DNA from: Tubiluchus corallicola | Taxonomy: Eukaryota; Animalia; Priapulida | Length of the DNA: 64,000 nucleotides | Direction of reading: 5' to 3' | Assembly (NCBI GenBank): GCA_030141605.1 | Contig: JAQGDQ010002367.1 | Location: 682,001 to 746,000 of the forward strand | Part shown: positions 34,300 to 47,670 of the stretch, in pieces | How the letters are laid out: every line of letters begins with the position of its first letter | Numbering within the stretch: position 1 is the first letter of the stretch | The notes under the pieces: model-generated | Databases searched by the model: none | What the model saw: the letters and a program-made list of their open reading frames with translations, nothing else | Told to the model about the DNA's origin: nothing | Position numbers and translations under genes: made by a program

Positions 34300-35380
34300 C
34301 ATTTGCTCCGGCAGGGAGCAGTACTGTCACTTATATTGTTTACCATATATCTAGAGGAACTGTTAATAAGACTGCGTAATTGTGGAGTTGGTTGTTATAG
34401 AGGAAATATATTTGCAGGTGCGTTGGGCTAGATGATTTCATTGTACTGGCTCAATCATTAAAAAGCTTATAAAAGTTGTAGTAGATTATGTGAAAACTAT
34501 GGTCGTGAATATAGCCTAAATTTTTTAAACACGCAAGGCAGAAAAATCAAAAGCATGTGCAGGTAAATTGTCATATCCATCTACATATCCTACTGTGTAT
34601 TTAAGCGGATAGCCTCTAACCTGGGCAAAGCAGATATTTCACATAGAGCTAATTATTAGTGAAAATCTATTTTGTGAAGACAACGTAAGGTCAAAGAAAC
34701 AGCAAGTTCATTGGTCAAGTTAAACAGACTTATAGCCGATTTTCACGATCTCAATAGAATTATGAAAATGGGATTGTTGCTCATTTTACGCTCATCACTA
34801 CGGTAATTAACAGCACCTGCACTGTATACTTTAGACACTGCCTGGACTATTGCTATAGGAAAGCTACCTGGGCTGGCAGATACAACACACACTTGATTAT
34901 TGCCAGCAATTAATACCCTAAACCCATCAAAAAGGCATATCATTAACAGGTTTATGAAATTTTCTGCTAAACTTCGTAGTAATAGCAACCAGTTAGTATC
35001 GTGCATTGTAAATAACTCGAAAATTTCCGTTTGCAACTGTTATTGGAAGTTTTCTAAATTATGAGTGTAATATTAAGGAAGAAGACTTAATTAACAACTG
35101 TGTAAAGGCTAAATTACTTGTTTATAAAAAGTTTATTGAAAATCGTTTAAGTGAACAAGACATAGCAATCGTGCATATATCATATTGGACATTTTGGATT
35201 GCTTAGACAAATTATGCTATATTCTTTTGTCTAATTACAAGCTAACAGAAATTTTAAATTATTTATGTACGCTGTAAATATTGTAATCACTAACCAATTA
35301 ACCATTCTTGCTTATTTGTTAACTATTACGTAAATGATGTATGTATTACTGTACAGTAATATTATACGAATAAAATGGTG
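34300..35380 (+). mobile_element. Degenerate non-LTR retrotransposon RT fragment (RTE-X/Proto2-like; clade uncertain)
   Basis: RQGAVLSLILFTIYLEELLIRLRNCGVGCYRGNIFAGALG-(frameshift)-DDFIVLAQS, and later AWTIAIGKLPGLADTTHT*LLP. Followed by an (AAT)n run that may be its tail. Confidence 0.75.
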
Positions 35381-35574
<194 letters not shown>

Positions 35575-36191
35575 TAGTAATTAATTTTTCTTCCTTTGTA
35601 TGGACTTGGATTGGTTACACCGAACGTAACATTTCGTATTTTTTCTAATTGCTCTCCCCCAAAATGAAAAATAGTCTTGTTTGTCCTTCGAGTGAGTGAC
35701 AATTCAAATTTTAATATAATTTGTGGAGAATCAAAATTAATCAACACCGCGATTAATCAGTACACGGATGGGTGACTTCAGGATCAATACTCGCTTTGAG
35801 AAGTTTGTGTCGCCATTCTGATTCTGGCTATTAACATAGTTGAGGAAGAACGTGCTGTATTCATATCCACAACCTGGCCGATTTTTTCAGCTTTGCAAAA
35901 TTAGTGGAAAATGGCGGTTTAAGTGTGACTCATTACATTACTGGTTCGTCATATTTTTTGTTATTCGCGTTCAATTATTATATAACCTACTCGTATTACA
36001 GCGCGCTTGCTGAAAAACTGGTCAGTAGCTATTTTCAAATATTTTTTCGGTTTGTGAAAACGTTTTCTGTAGATTGTATCTTTCGTTGACTAAACAGAGT
36101 CTCTAACGTTGCACTCTTAAGTGTGGAATACCACCATTTGTGTAACTGAACTTGGGGAACACTGTCATCAGTGTGTATACTAGATTGCTAT

Positions 36192-36871
36192 TAAGTAGTG
36201 TTGGCAATATGTAAAGCCATTTTTAGTTATTGTTTGTACAGTTGAACACATTACTAAAACTAAAAACCAAATGGAAATCTTGCTGGCATGTTGAGGAATT
36301 CCTTTAATAGTTTTTTACTTTTGGATCCGCCTCAAGTAGCAGACACCAGAAAGATAATTATCGCTTGGTACTTAACTACGCCCTGAAATCTAGACCCATC
36401 AAAGAAACGGGTCTTCTCATTCGCAGAGAGTCGCCCGCCATAATAACGATGGAGCAAACGGAACAAAATCTTAGGAAAGAATATGAAATTACAGTTTGAA
36501 GAGCGTTTCCAAGATTCGTCTGAAGTTCATTAAGTGAAGAATTGAGGCCTGGTTATTTTATTACTGTAACTATTCGAATTATACTGCGGTTGTAGTACAG
36601 TCGAATTGTTCAACTGGCCAACATTTTAGTGTAAATCCATTTATATTTCTTAAACCTCAATCAGTTGCCATGTAGTAAACATTTCTAAAATAAATCCAGT
36701 TATGTTTTTAAACCACACACAATTCAATGTACATAACATTACATAAGTAGTGCTGGCAATATGTAAAGCCATTTTTAGTTATTGTTTGTACAGTTGAACA
36801 CAATACTAAAACTAAAAACCATATGGAAATTTTGCTGGCATGTTGAGGAATTGCTTTAATAGTTTTTTACT
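36192..36871. repeat. Pair of 128-bp direct repeats (36192-36319 and 36744-36871)
   Basis: Five mismatches over 128 bp; separated by a 424-bp unrelated spacer. Confidence 0.9.
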
Positions 36872-38999
36872 ATTAAATATATATATATATATAAACTTTA
36901 TTTATTTTAAGTGGATTAACATACAGTAATCGGAGTATTTCCACTATGTGCAACAAATGCATTTTAGTTGAGGACAGATAATATACAACTGGCTACTTCA
37001 AGAATATAATTACATAGATAGTTAGTTCAAAAATATGGGTAATTCATTAGTTAATACTTAAAATTGAAATCGACAAAGCCCACAGAGTGCAGAAGCGGTA
37101 CCAGAAACAATTATTAATGTACAAATTGTACATTATCTTACTAGTTATACAAAAGTGTGACAGTGATCGATAACTGGTATTTATTTCAAGCGTCCAAAAT
37201 TCAAAACAATTCAAGTTACAGTTCAATATACAATTAACGTCAAACGAGATGTCATAGAGTCTCAGTCAAGCTCTGCTGACTGTCCAATCAGCGTGCATAT
37301 TTTTCAAAGGCCCACAGAACCGGTTCATCTTTCGGGACATGAGCTGTAACTATCTATTGTCGGTATATGTTATGAAAAATGTTCAACTTTTCATTAGTTT
37401 GCGGGAGAGAAAACAGCTTGGTTTTAGATTTTATTACAGGTTGTTAATTGTCTGTATTGTCGATTGAAATTGCAGGTGAATTTATATAGTGGAAATATAG
37501 TCTAATTGCGAAGAAATGGGCAGCGCTTACGTCTATGAGTTGCTGATTAAACCATTTTGCTATGAAGAAAATACGCAGTTTAGTTTAGTTTATGGCTTTG
37601 CAAGTTAGATAAAAATAACTGTTTCATTAACTTTAAATAAGGACAAATTAACCTAACGAGGTTAGGCTGGTTATATTACGCTGCATTAATATTCGCGAAC
37701 ACCCGTTGAGAATAAATTTATAACTTTAGATCATTGAAGCTCGAATGGGCAAGTATAAATGATTAAAAGGTACGTACATGTAAAAGTTCCAGCCTGCGCA
37801 CTTCTAAATAGGTTTGCGCAGCTTTGTAGAAAATAAGCTAGACGGCCTAGGTCGGCAATAGTTGAGACCTAGCCGCAGAGCTGAACTCCAGGGGAATCAG
37901 TAACAATTGTCATGATTATGAGTAAGCCAGCACATTCGTAGGAACCCCCCATTTAGGTTATTTAGGTAAAACGTTTTCAGAATTCTTTAGGCAAAATATT
38001 TTCTTTTCTGTCTAGTTTTTATAAACTTCAGTGAGATCTTCACAATCAAAATTAATTCAAATGTGATCCAAACTTATATTATACATCAATGTAATATTAG
38101 TTAATTTTACGCTATTTTTCTGGTTCTAATAATGGTTAAAACATGCCATTGGGACTTATGTAACTCGGGCATTCAATATAAGAGTCGTCTATGAATTTGA
38201 CAATCAAATTTCCGTTGCCTAACAAACGGAAAAATACAAAAACTGAATAAATCTTGCAGACGCGCACATGATCACTTTAATATAGAAAAAATACATCGCT
38301 GGCATGATGTTCGTATGTTCAAAGGCAAGAGAGACTTAAAATTTTTATTGCTCATTTATTTTAAAGCAAGGGTAACTGGCTTAGTTTCTTTATTATACTT
38401 ATGTCACTGTATTTTGTAGTCCTTTGAAACCTCGTCTCTATATCCTGTTTCAATTGAAAAGTTATTTTTTGGTTACTTGCGTTAATTTCGTGTAAAAAAG
38501 TTGCTGTTCTTCAAATTTGTGTTTATGAAAAATTGCAATCAGTTTATCTGTGACTGTGACTGTCATTAATTACATTAATTGTGACTGTAATGTTGTTTAG
38601 TTCAGTTTAATTTAGTCTGTATAGTTGTTGTCCAGCGTGATCTGTTGTCCCGAATACCGCTGAACGTGCTTACGTCACAGCGGAGGCGGAGCGACAGATA
38701 AATATGTTAGACGTCACGTCCACGTACAATTAGCAAAACGTTTAGCAAACTTTATGTAGTTCTGCAACAATTTGAAGAGAATGCCAATGGATGGATGGTG
38801 TGAGTTTATAAAAAATGTCGTTGCAAATAATAGTAGGTTTAGGATTGGCATGTAATTCTTGAGTTACGTGCCGGTGGTAATAGAGCTGGTCCAATAATAG
38901 TGTTCTGTGTATGTCACAGTTTGAACACTCAAAAAAAAACAATTGCTGTGGAATTGTTGCAGCTACATGAAGGGACATCAATAATATTCCTAGAAGACA

Positions 39000-39870
39000 A
39001 ATCAGCTTTTAAATGTGAAAAATTGGGGATGAATCTATTTGTTGAAATCTCATTACTTCGATCATCATTATAATTGGGGTATACTGATTTAGTATGAACT
39101 CCACATAAGCCGAACAATCTACTTTTAATGGCAAATGGAGAAATGAAAGTCTCGTAGGTCACGTAGAGCATAGTGGTTGTTGGCACGAAATTCATTTAAT
39201 ATTTCAGTCAAATACTGAGGAGCCTGATTGTAATATATTTTTGGATTATTCCAATGGTTTGAAGTTTGAATGGTGGCAAATCATGAAAAGAGTTAAGATT
39301 TTGTAGCCTCGATCCCCTCATCGCTCCAGGCATTAACAACATAGTTCGATATTGCACTCTTTCAATTCTACGGAAATTTGTCGTCGGGCATTTTGACCAA
39401 ATTACAATACCATACGTTGTATAACAGGTCTAACAAATGCCTTATATAAAGTAACCAAGTTAAAGGTATATAGTTTATATTTTAGTGGGTAAAAATATAA
39501 ACATTTTATTAGCTTTATTTTCTACATAATTTACATGATGGTTCCAAGTAAGTTTCGAGTTAAAAATAATGCTTTATATCAGCATTACCAAAATATATAC
39601 CTCTAAGATTTGATGTGACTAATTTGCGTAAGCAAAAAACTACTGTAATTTTATGAACATTCATTGTCATTCCCCACCTGGAACAATTTGAATTTTTGTA
39701 AGGTCACGATTAAAACTATCAACTGCAACGTTAATATTCTTGGTGAGATAAAGCAAGCTAGAATCATCTACAAACAGGTGAACAGTATTTTCCAAGTTTG
39801 CAGATATATCATTAATGAACACCAGAAACAACAATGGACCAAGAATTGATCCTTCGGGGCCACATCACAT
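39000..39870 (-). mobile_element. Degenerate CR1-group LINE RT fragment
   Basis: Minus strand GSILGPLLFLVFINDISANLENTVHLFVDDSSL (39852-39755), TLYKAFVRPVI (~39440), VQYRTMLLMPGAMRGS (~39330). Downstream boundary approximate. Confidence 0.8.
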
Positions 39871-41589
39871 TACATTAATGTCATTGTAAGACATCACTTG
39901 GATATTAATGCCTCTTATAGTAAATAATACTACGAACCCCATTAGACCATTAATTTAATTGCATAACGTTGTTATTCTAAATTTAAATCCATGTTTTTAT
40001 CAATCAAGCAAACGTTACATTATTAGTAATAATACTAATTAATGCTTCAGAGACCTCGGCATAAATAAAGAACATATGTTATCCCAGGATGATTTATTTT
40101 ATTTTAAAAGCTTTATACGAATAAAATCTAAATCTAAATGCTCCATGAATACATTGAAGAAAGATTACACAATCTTTGTTGATCTATACTTATTTGTTAG
40201 GCAAATGAAACAAACTTGAAAAGGACTTAAGTTGTTTACTATTAACAGCGAAGCAACAAAAATTTAGCAAGTCACGTACGTTATCTAACATGCTTAGAAG
40301 CGAACCCGCAAACTTCTTATCAAATGGCGAATATGTTGCGACTCTCACTAACGCGCCACATTTGACTTAAATATTACAGTCCACATTGCTCTGTAGATTA
40401 GCTGTTAGGAATTTGACATATTTTTCTGTTTATTTTTTAAACTCGCAAAAACAGAATCTCATGTATCATGTTGTTTCCATAAACCAGTCTAGTTTATGTA
40501 ACGCCCAAAAGACCTTCTAATAATTTTATAAGATCTTTTAAAAGTCAAATTCATTAAGCCAAAACTCGTCGATGATTTTTCATTTTTGTTATAACAAGAA
40601 AATGATTGTACAGTTGAGAAATAGCTTAGGTTACTTTCGAAAAATAGTTAGTTAATTAACCTTTACTAAAATAGAATGAAATTCACTCAAAATGAACGCT
40701 CTGGTATTTAACTTTGTTGTCAAACATGTTGCGCCTGTTTAGTTTTGACGTGACTCATACTCAAACATCTATTGCTAATATAAACTCACACGTCTTTTTA
40801 ATAAGTCACTTTCTCAATATTACCAAGAAACATACGAGATTTATTACGAGAATGCCTTCCTAGCGAAGTGAATCAGCAGCGTAAACTTGTTTAGATTGCT
40901 TTTTTGTTAAAAAACTCATTTATTTTCGTCCGTATTTTAGAACCAAAATTAGCTACCAGCTTCGGCGGAAAAGTCGCAATGGAAAGTGCGTGACAGTCCA
41001 CGTTTTTACACAAAAGTTTTTATTATGTTCAGAAATGCATAACTTGTAATCATTAACAGCTCCATCAATTTCAAATAATCCCAAAACCTGGGCAGAAATT
41101 TGCAAAAACAACGCAATTAACAGAAGTACACATCTTTCCCACCAACTAAACAAAAATTCGAAAAGAAAGAATCACACTGGCTTCCTATTTACTGTAGTTC
41201 TTAATCAATTCTTGATATCATTGTTTTTTTTTTATTTGACTGGAGTTTATTATTCATAATCTTAATATAATTATTGTTCCTAATGACGAAACAAACTCAC
41301 AGTTAATTGATAATTGAATCCAAATTTGAAAAACAGGAAATATAGAAAAGCTGGAACAGAGACCGGACTTGTATAGGGACCTCCTGCTCACAAAGTAGGC
41401 TTCAGTACATGGAATGCTGTACTTTTCCAAGTGCCAGTGTTCCCAAGTTGATCCCATATTAGCTAATAACCAGTTTGGCATTTTCACTGTGGGATCGTTA
41501 GAATCGCTATAGCATGAGCGATATAGTGTGATCATAGGTAGTGCTGAACTAACTGGCTAGCTGTAAGGGTTGAATTTTGTACTGTCTAG

Positions 41590-41660
41590 AGTCTAGCGAT
41601 TGTAAGGAGTCTGCTTTGTAACCAGAATGTCCCTGGTTCAAATCCAGGGTGTATTCTAGC
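41590..41660 (+). mobile_element. tRNA-derived SINE head (degenerate)
   Basis: A-box-like GTCTAGCGATTG and B-box hairpin CCCTGGTTCAAATCCAGGG; no complete cloverleaf. Confidence 0.4.
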
Positions 41661-42565
41661 TTTTTCACATTTTCTGTTTTTCAAGGTAGATATCAAAATT
41701 CACTTAATTGTGGGTTTATACCATCACAGCGTGGAGTTTGGATGTGATTTTTGTACGCCATTGTACCTGTTTGTTTTAGCGTAGTTACGAATAACTGCAT
41801 GTGCAATGTCACATGACGACTTACCAAAGCCTGGACGAACTTTGCTAGAGTGTGTGCAAGGGATGACAGGCCCTGGGTTCAGGGTACCGTGTTTGAGGTA
41901 GCTGATGTCCAGTTCTCAGATTACGCATGATAGGATTATAATATGGCGCAGCTTTGAGTGTTATCAATGTAACAACCGGATTTTGGTGGAGAGAAAACAA
42001 TCCCTCGAAGAAATAAGGCTTTTCACAGTTTCAGCGATTGACGATGATTGTGAAAAGGTCTGAGGTTAAGTGACCCAGACAACGCATTAATAATAGCTAT
42101 GAATTGTTTGTGTACTCACAATATTGTGTTAAGAAAACTTCAATATCTTCTGGGGTTATATAGGCCTTTAAATACTGATCAATCGCATATTTTTGTCATC
42201 TAAGTGCCCACTCTGTCTTTTCAGGTAGTTCCAGCGTGTTTGGCAAAATTCATCTCCGTTGCATTAGCAGGAAATTCTGTTCAATAAAAAAAAAATTAAT
42301 CCTAGAGTTTTCAATCAGTGCTTTTTTCATTCCCCCCAGACTGCAAATTTGTGCGAGATGCGGGGGCTTATTCTCCAAATTCTGAAGGCATGTTAAATTA
42401 GCTTGGTGTAATAAATTGTTCTTTACTATTACTCGTTGTTTTTGTCCTCCCTACCAAAAGATTATGTACCACACTGTATTATTCTCAATTGCATGAAAAG
42501 TGAAATAAAATAATTAAATCTAAGAAACTAATAATGTTTTCTTAGCAAACTGTCTATGATCTGTT

Positions 42566-42790
42566 TTGCATTCATTCACTCATTCATGCAATCACTCATT
42601 CTTACGTTTGTCTGTTTATTCGTTCATTTTTTCTTTATTCGTTTGTTCATCCACTCACTCACTCATTGATATATTTCTTCATTTTTATTCATGTGTTTAT
42701 TTATTTATTTACTTATTCATTCATTTGTTCATTTGTTCGTTCGTTCGGTCGGTCGGTCGGTCAGTCGGTCAGTTGGTCGTTAGTGCATTT
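42566..42790. repeat. Degenerate (CATT)/(TTCG)/(TCGG) tetranucleotide repeats
   Basis: Direct inspection. Confidence 0.7.
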
Positions 42791-43539
42791 ATCCATGATT
42801 CACTGGCTTTTAATGGTTTACGAGGCGACTGGTTTATATTGAAAACGGAATTCGATCGAAGATTCTGGGCTTCAGAAATACAATCAGTTGTACTGCTTTG
42901 TTAATTATCTTAACATCAGTAATGATTGACTGCGTAGCCACCCAGATGCGCAGTCTGATCGAACCATTTATACCTGACTCATCTCTATATCTAGATTGCT
43001 TGTTTTGGCACTGTGTTTACCTGTATCTATGGGTTTCCGCTGATAAACTACATATTTACTATGACAAACGTTTGCTGGTACCTAGTACGTCTATTAGCAT
43101 TCCCGATCAATGTGAATCCCTTCAAGCTCACTACTTCTCCATGGAATTTGAAAACACTAACTAAATAAAATCGTGCGTTGACACATTATTTTGTAGCAAG
43201 CCCAAGTAACCAATAGGATTAGAGACATTTCCATTTGTATAACGCTCATTAGCCCTAGTTTACACTTTTTCACCATTAACTGTCAAATAGAAACCCTTGT
43301 GTACGTCCGCCTTTAAACTGGCTTCAGTGGTTCAGCTTCCGTTGAGCAAAATATGCATGGAATGTATACGGGTAATTGTTGCGTAATTTATCACATGACA
43401 CAAAGTTATGTAGGCCCTAATAAAACTTCTACTTGTTGTTGACCGTTAAAAGTCAATCTTAAATTCTATTTGACACGGGAATGTGGCTTCCAGTGAGCAA
43501 CGTTCGGCATTTTTACATTAGCTAGCAAACGTATGCGAA

Positions 43540-44090
43540 CATGGTAGAGATGACGGTGGTGGCATGCTATAGCGACAATTACTGCAGCAGAGCAGTGGAT
43601 TGTCGGCAGTGATCACAGTGGTAAGGATGATGATGGAAGCAACGGTAATGCTGTTGAAAATGATGATGTTAGCACCAGACAGTAGTAATTGCTGCATTGT
43701 TAATGATGATGATAGCCATAACAAACAATGGCGACCATGTTGATGATAGTGCTAATGATAATTGTAAATTGACTGTATATGATAATAGTATAGCGGATGG
43801 TGACTGTTAATGATGATATTGGCGACAACGATATTGGCGATAATTGTGCATGTATGTAATAAAAATTGAGTGGCGTTTGAAGTGGCTATGCTGGATGAAG
43901 TGGTGACGGTGGTGGTAGCAGTAGCAGTTGCAGCATTGCGATGCAATTTGTAGTGCTTGCTGGCTTCATGCACTGATGGTAACAGTTGTAATCCTGTTGG
44001 TAGTGAGATAGCTGACCTCCATGCCACCTTTGAAGTAGCTCGTGACAGTAATGACAGTTACGACCTGTAACAGTCCTGGTAATGATACTA
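43540..44090. repeat. Low-complexity GAT/GGT/GCA-rich region
   Basis: Degenerate trinucleotide composition; spurious Thr/Ile/His-rich ORFs. Confidence 0.55.
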
Positions 44091-47000
44091 CTGCAAATAA
44101 GCATCTAGGATATAATTTATCAAGATTAATCTTCCAACATGAGACCGCATACATTTTCCATAAAGGCTGATCGCAGCGTCCAGTTTTAATTCTAGAAGGA
44201 GTCAAAAACTGTTCCTTTTAATAAATACTTCGAAGAAAAAACTAGCACAACAGATTAAGCCAACTAAGTCCAATAGCAAACAATGGAATCAGTCACTTTC
44301 ACACTGGAAAAGTAAAAAAAAATAGAGCGCGATCAATACAAGATCATAATCATAACAAAAACGTTATGATGGTAAATAACCACACATAGAAGCAGCTCAA
44401 TGAAAAATGCTAAAAACTACATCACTCAAAAAAGGGACTGTAGTTAGAAAGCACGAATTTGCAATCTACTAAATGGGTTAAAGTAAAGATATTACTGTCA
44501 AAAAACACGAGGTTGCGGGTAAACAGCTGAATGCTCGTGGCTATGGTGGTTAAGCAGTGCAGAATCTCGTTGGTAAATGGTTGCGTGCCAGTAGGACATT
44601 TTTTGTCATTGAGCAATACTTCTGCCGTTTCATCCAAATAGTTCACTTAGGTAGTCTCCCCCGCATTGCAGTAAAAGGCGTTTTCGCAATATTTACATAA
44701 AATAAATTATTTGCTTTGTGGGGAGAAAGGAATTACCTGAATTGAACTATTTGGATGAACCATCTCAGAATACAACAGAATTAAGCTTATCATCTGAATA
44801 AGCCGTCTTTATCATAAATTGGCTTGCAGGTTCATGTAAATTGGGTGAATATCATCAGTGTGAGTGGGAGAACTCAGCAAATCAGACATGTAGAATGAAT
44901 GAACACCCGCAGTGTGAATAGACTTTCCAACGTACAGATACGTCAGTAAAGACTAGAGATAAGTTATTACAACTTGTTTTGTACGCATTGCGTTAGAGGA
45001 AGACAGGATGATTTTTCATATATTACCCCATTTTCAAGTCCGATAAAAAGTATACAAGTATACATTTAACACGATTAATATTGCAAAAAAAGCGTTTCTG
45101 ATAATTAAATATTAGACTAAAAACTTAATTAACGGCGAGCGAGCCCAACTATTGATGACATCACAAACTAACATAATTTTCAACAGCAAAAATATTCTAC
45201 GAGCGTGTTGCACGTATTTGCGAAAGCGAAAGATGAAGTACAATGTTACAGTAAGATATTCAGTGTGTTGTACTAAAACTAGTCATGTTTTAAGAAAAAA
45301 ATTCAAATTTCAAATTTACCGCTGTGCTCGCGCATGAGCTGTCGAACGTGCGTAGTTCGTCAGAAGCTAACACAGCTGAACTGAGAGGTACAGTACCGTT
45401 TTTGTATAATGCGTTTCCGAAATGCAGGCGATAGTGCCCGTCTAACTAGTGCGAATGGCGAAATGCATGTAACAGCGAAGAACTAGTGGCACGAACGTGA
45501 AATTGTGTTTGTGTGGTAATAATTTTTTCACGTAAGACATTTTTGAAGAAATGGTGTATTCCCTTTCAATATTTTAAAGAGTATGTTGTTTTGACCTACA
45601 GTTTAAGATTAGGTGCGGTTTTGATGTAAGCAAAAATTACTGTTATGTTTCACATAATCTTTTACGCAACGGTATTATAGCTAATCGTTGTCGAATAGGT
45701 TCTAAGGTCTACAAACAAACTACAACAACAAAAACAATAACAATAAGAATAATAGTATAAAGGAATAATACGATGAAGTTTAAACTCAAACACAAACACG
45801 TCATTTACTTACAGACACCTGAGTATTCGTACCTTCTTTATTTGTGATATTTAAAGGAAGATTACAGCACATTACAAAAATTGGACAGTAAAACAAATGC
45901 GACAAACTACCGTTGCAGGTGCACTCATAAAGTAAAAAACGATTACTTTTTTCTTGAGTATTAAACTCAAGCTCTAATGAAAAATGCGGAGATTTCAGCT
46001 GCAAATTTTCGATTTGTATTTTAACTCATCATTAAGCTAAAAATGAGAAGCAGTCTTAATGAAAAACACAAATACTGACTGCTTTGAAGCGTGGAGGAAA
46101 CGGCAACATAATTATCGAAAAGAAAAACGCCCACATAAAACAATTTGATTACATTGTTGTTTGTTATTAATTTGTATATATATATATATATGAACCTTTA
46201 TTTGCCATTAAAATACATTGATAATCACTGAAGAAAGACTTTACAGAGATGGTCAATCAGTGTTAGTTAATAAAAACTTACACTGCTAAAGGTAGTCAGA
46301 AGAACCTAGGCAAAATGTTACAGACATTTTAGTCCAAATTGCAAAGATTTAGCTGCTAATTTTCTATTTTGTTTCAACTCATTATTAAACAAATAATGGA
46401 ATTTTTGGCTTGTGTATTTCAAACCCTGTACGAGCAAAGGCTGAGAATCATTGTTAATGAAAAATGCAAATATTTAAGTTACAGATTTTCAATTTAATGG
46501 TATTTCAAACTATTATCAGGCAAATAAATGAGAAGAAATGCCAACGAAAAATTTAAAAATCTGAGTTGCAAATTTTGCATTTCAATTTTAACTCACCAAA
46601 AGGTAAAGAATGACAAGCTATCTGACGATGATTTAAAATATAAATCGAAAATTTGCAGTTCAAATTTTTGCATATTTCATTAACACTGCTTCTCTTTCTC
46701 CGTCTGCTAATAATTTGAAATAAAAATAGAAATATTGAAGCAAAAAATCTTTGCATGTTACACGAATTAACACTGAATCTCTGTTAACTAATCAACTATA
46801 AATTTATTTGGAGTTGTATAATTAGAAGCCTTAGGATGGTAGAGAATCCAAACAGTTGCCGACTAAGCTGAATTCAAAAACTGGAAATAATGATGCTTCT
46901 TTAGCAAAATTTTACTTGTAAATCTTGACGGTAGTACTTGTTCCCTTAACATTCGTTTTGTAATCTTCTAACGTACACTGTAAGATCAATGACAATATTA

Positions 47001-47559
47001 TCATCTATTCGTACAACGTATTTCGTCACTTGACACTCAATGGAATGTCTGTTTAATCCTCGTGCAAATACTAACGTGATGTTTATGAGTTAAAACTATG
47101 CTTATATTTCGGTGGATAAAACTAGCTATCGCGTCATGTACCTGGGGAAATAGCACAAAGCACGGCTAGATGTGTAGAAACACCGCTTCCGTACAAATAT
47201 CATAGATGGCAATTTCATCAATTGTTCTGTGTACAAATTACCGAAGTACCTGCATACTACACACTAACACGAAAGATCAAGAAACTCGAGAATGGAGCAC
47301 CTCTTGGCGCCCCTAAAAATCTTCAAATATAGCCAGGAATTTGGCTCAACGTCAAATGTTGATAACAACCATGTCAATGCTCAGATAAATACGTAGGCCT
47401 ATATAGCATTGTGGATTCACAGCATAACGCAGCATGCAATTTGCTCAAAATATAGCAAATATTAAAACGATTATCATTTCTTTATTTGAGTGAATGTAAC
47501 AAGTTTGTTTTTGATTATTTGTCAATTTGTCTATTTTTCTGTTTCCCGATTAGTTAATT

Positions 47560-47670
47560 GGCCAGTCAGTCAGTCAGTCAGTTAGCCAGTGAGTCGGTCG
47601 ATCAGTCTGTCAGTCAGTCAATCAGCCAGTCTGATCGTTTGTCTGTCTGTCTGCCTACCTGACTGACTGC
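47560..47670. repeat. (CAGT)n/(GTCT)n degenerate microsatellite
   Basis: Direct inspection. Confidence 0.7.

Noticed and set aside
36192-36871. LTR retrotransposon / TRIM
   Set aside because: No TG..CA termini, PBS, PPT or TSD; kept only as a direct-repeat finding.
40953-41153. ORF with a C..SEH motif suggesting a THAP or transposase fragment
   Set aside because: No other THAP residues (C2CH spacing, W, AVP) and no splice support.
41590-41660. tRNA genes (also at ~24130-24190 and ~58340-58410)
   Set aside because: Only A/B-box-like remnants without a full cloverleaf; SINE heads are more likely.
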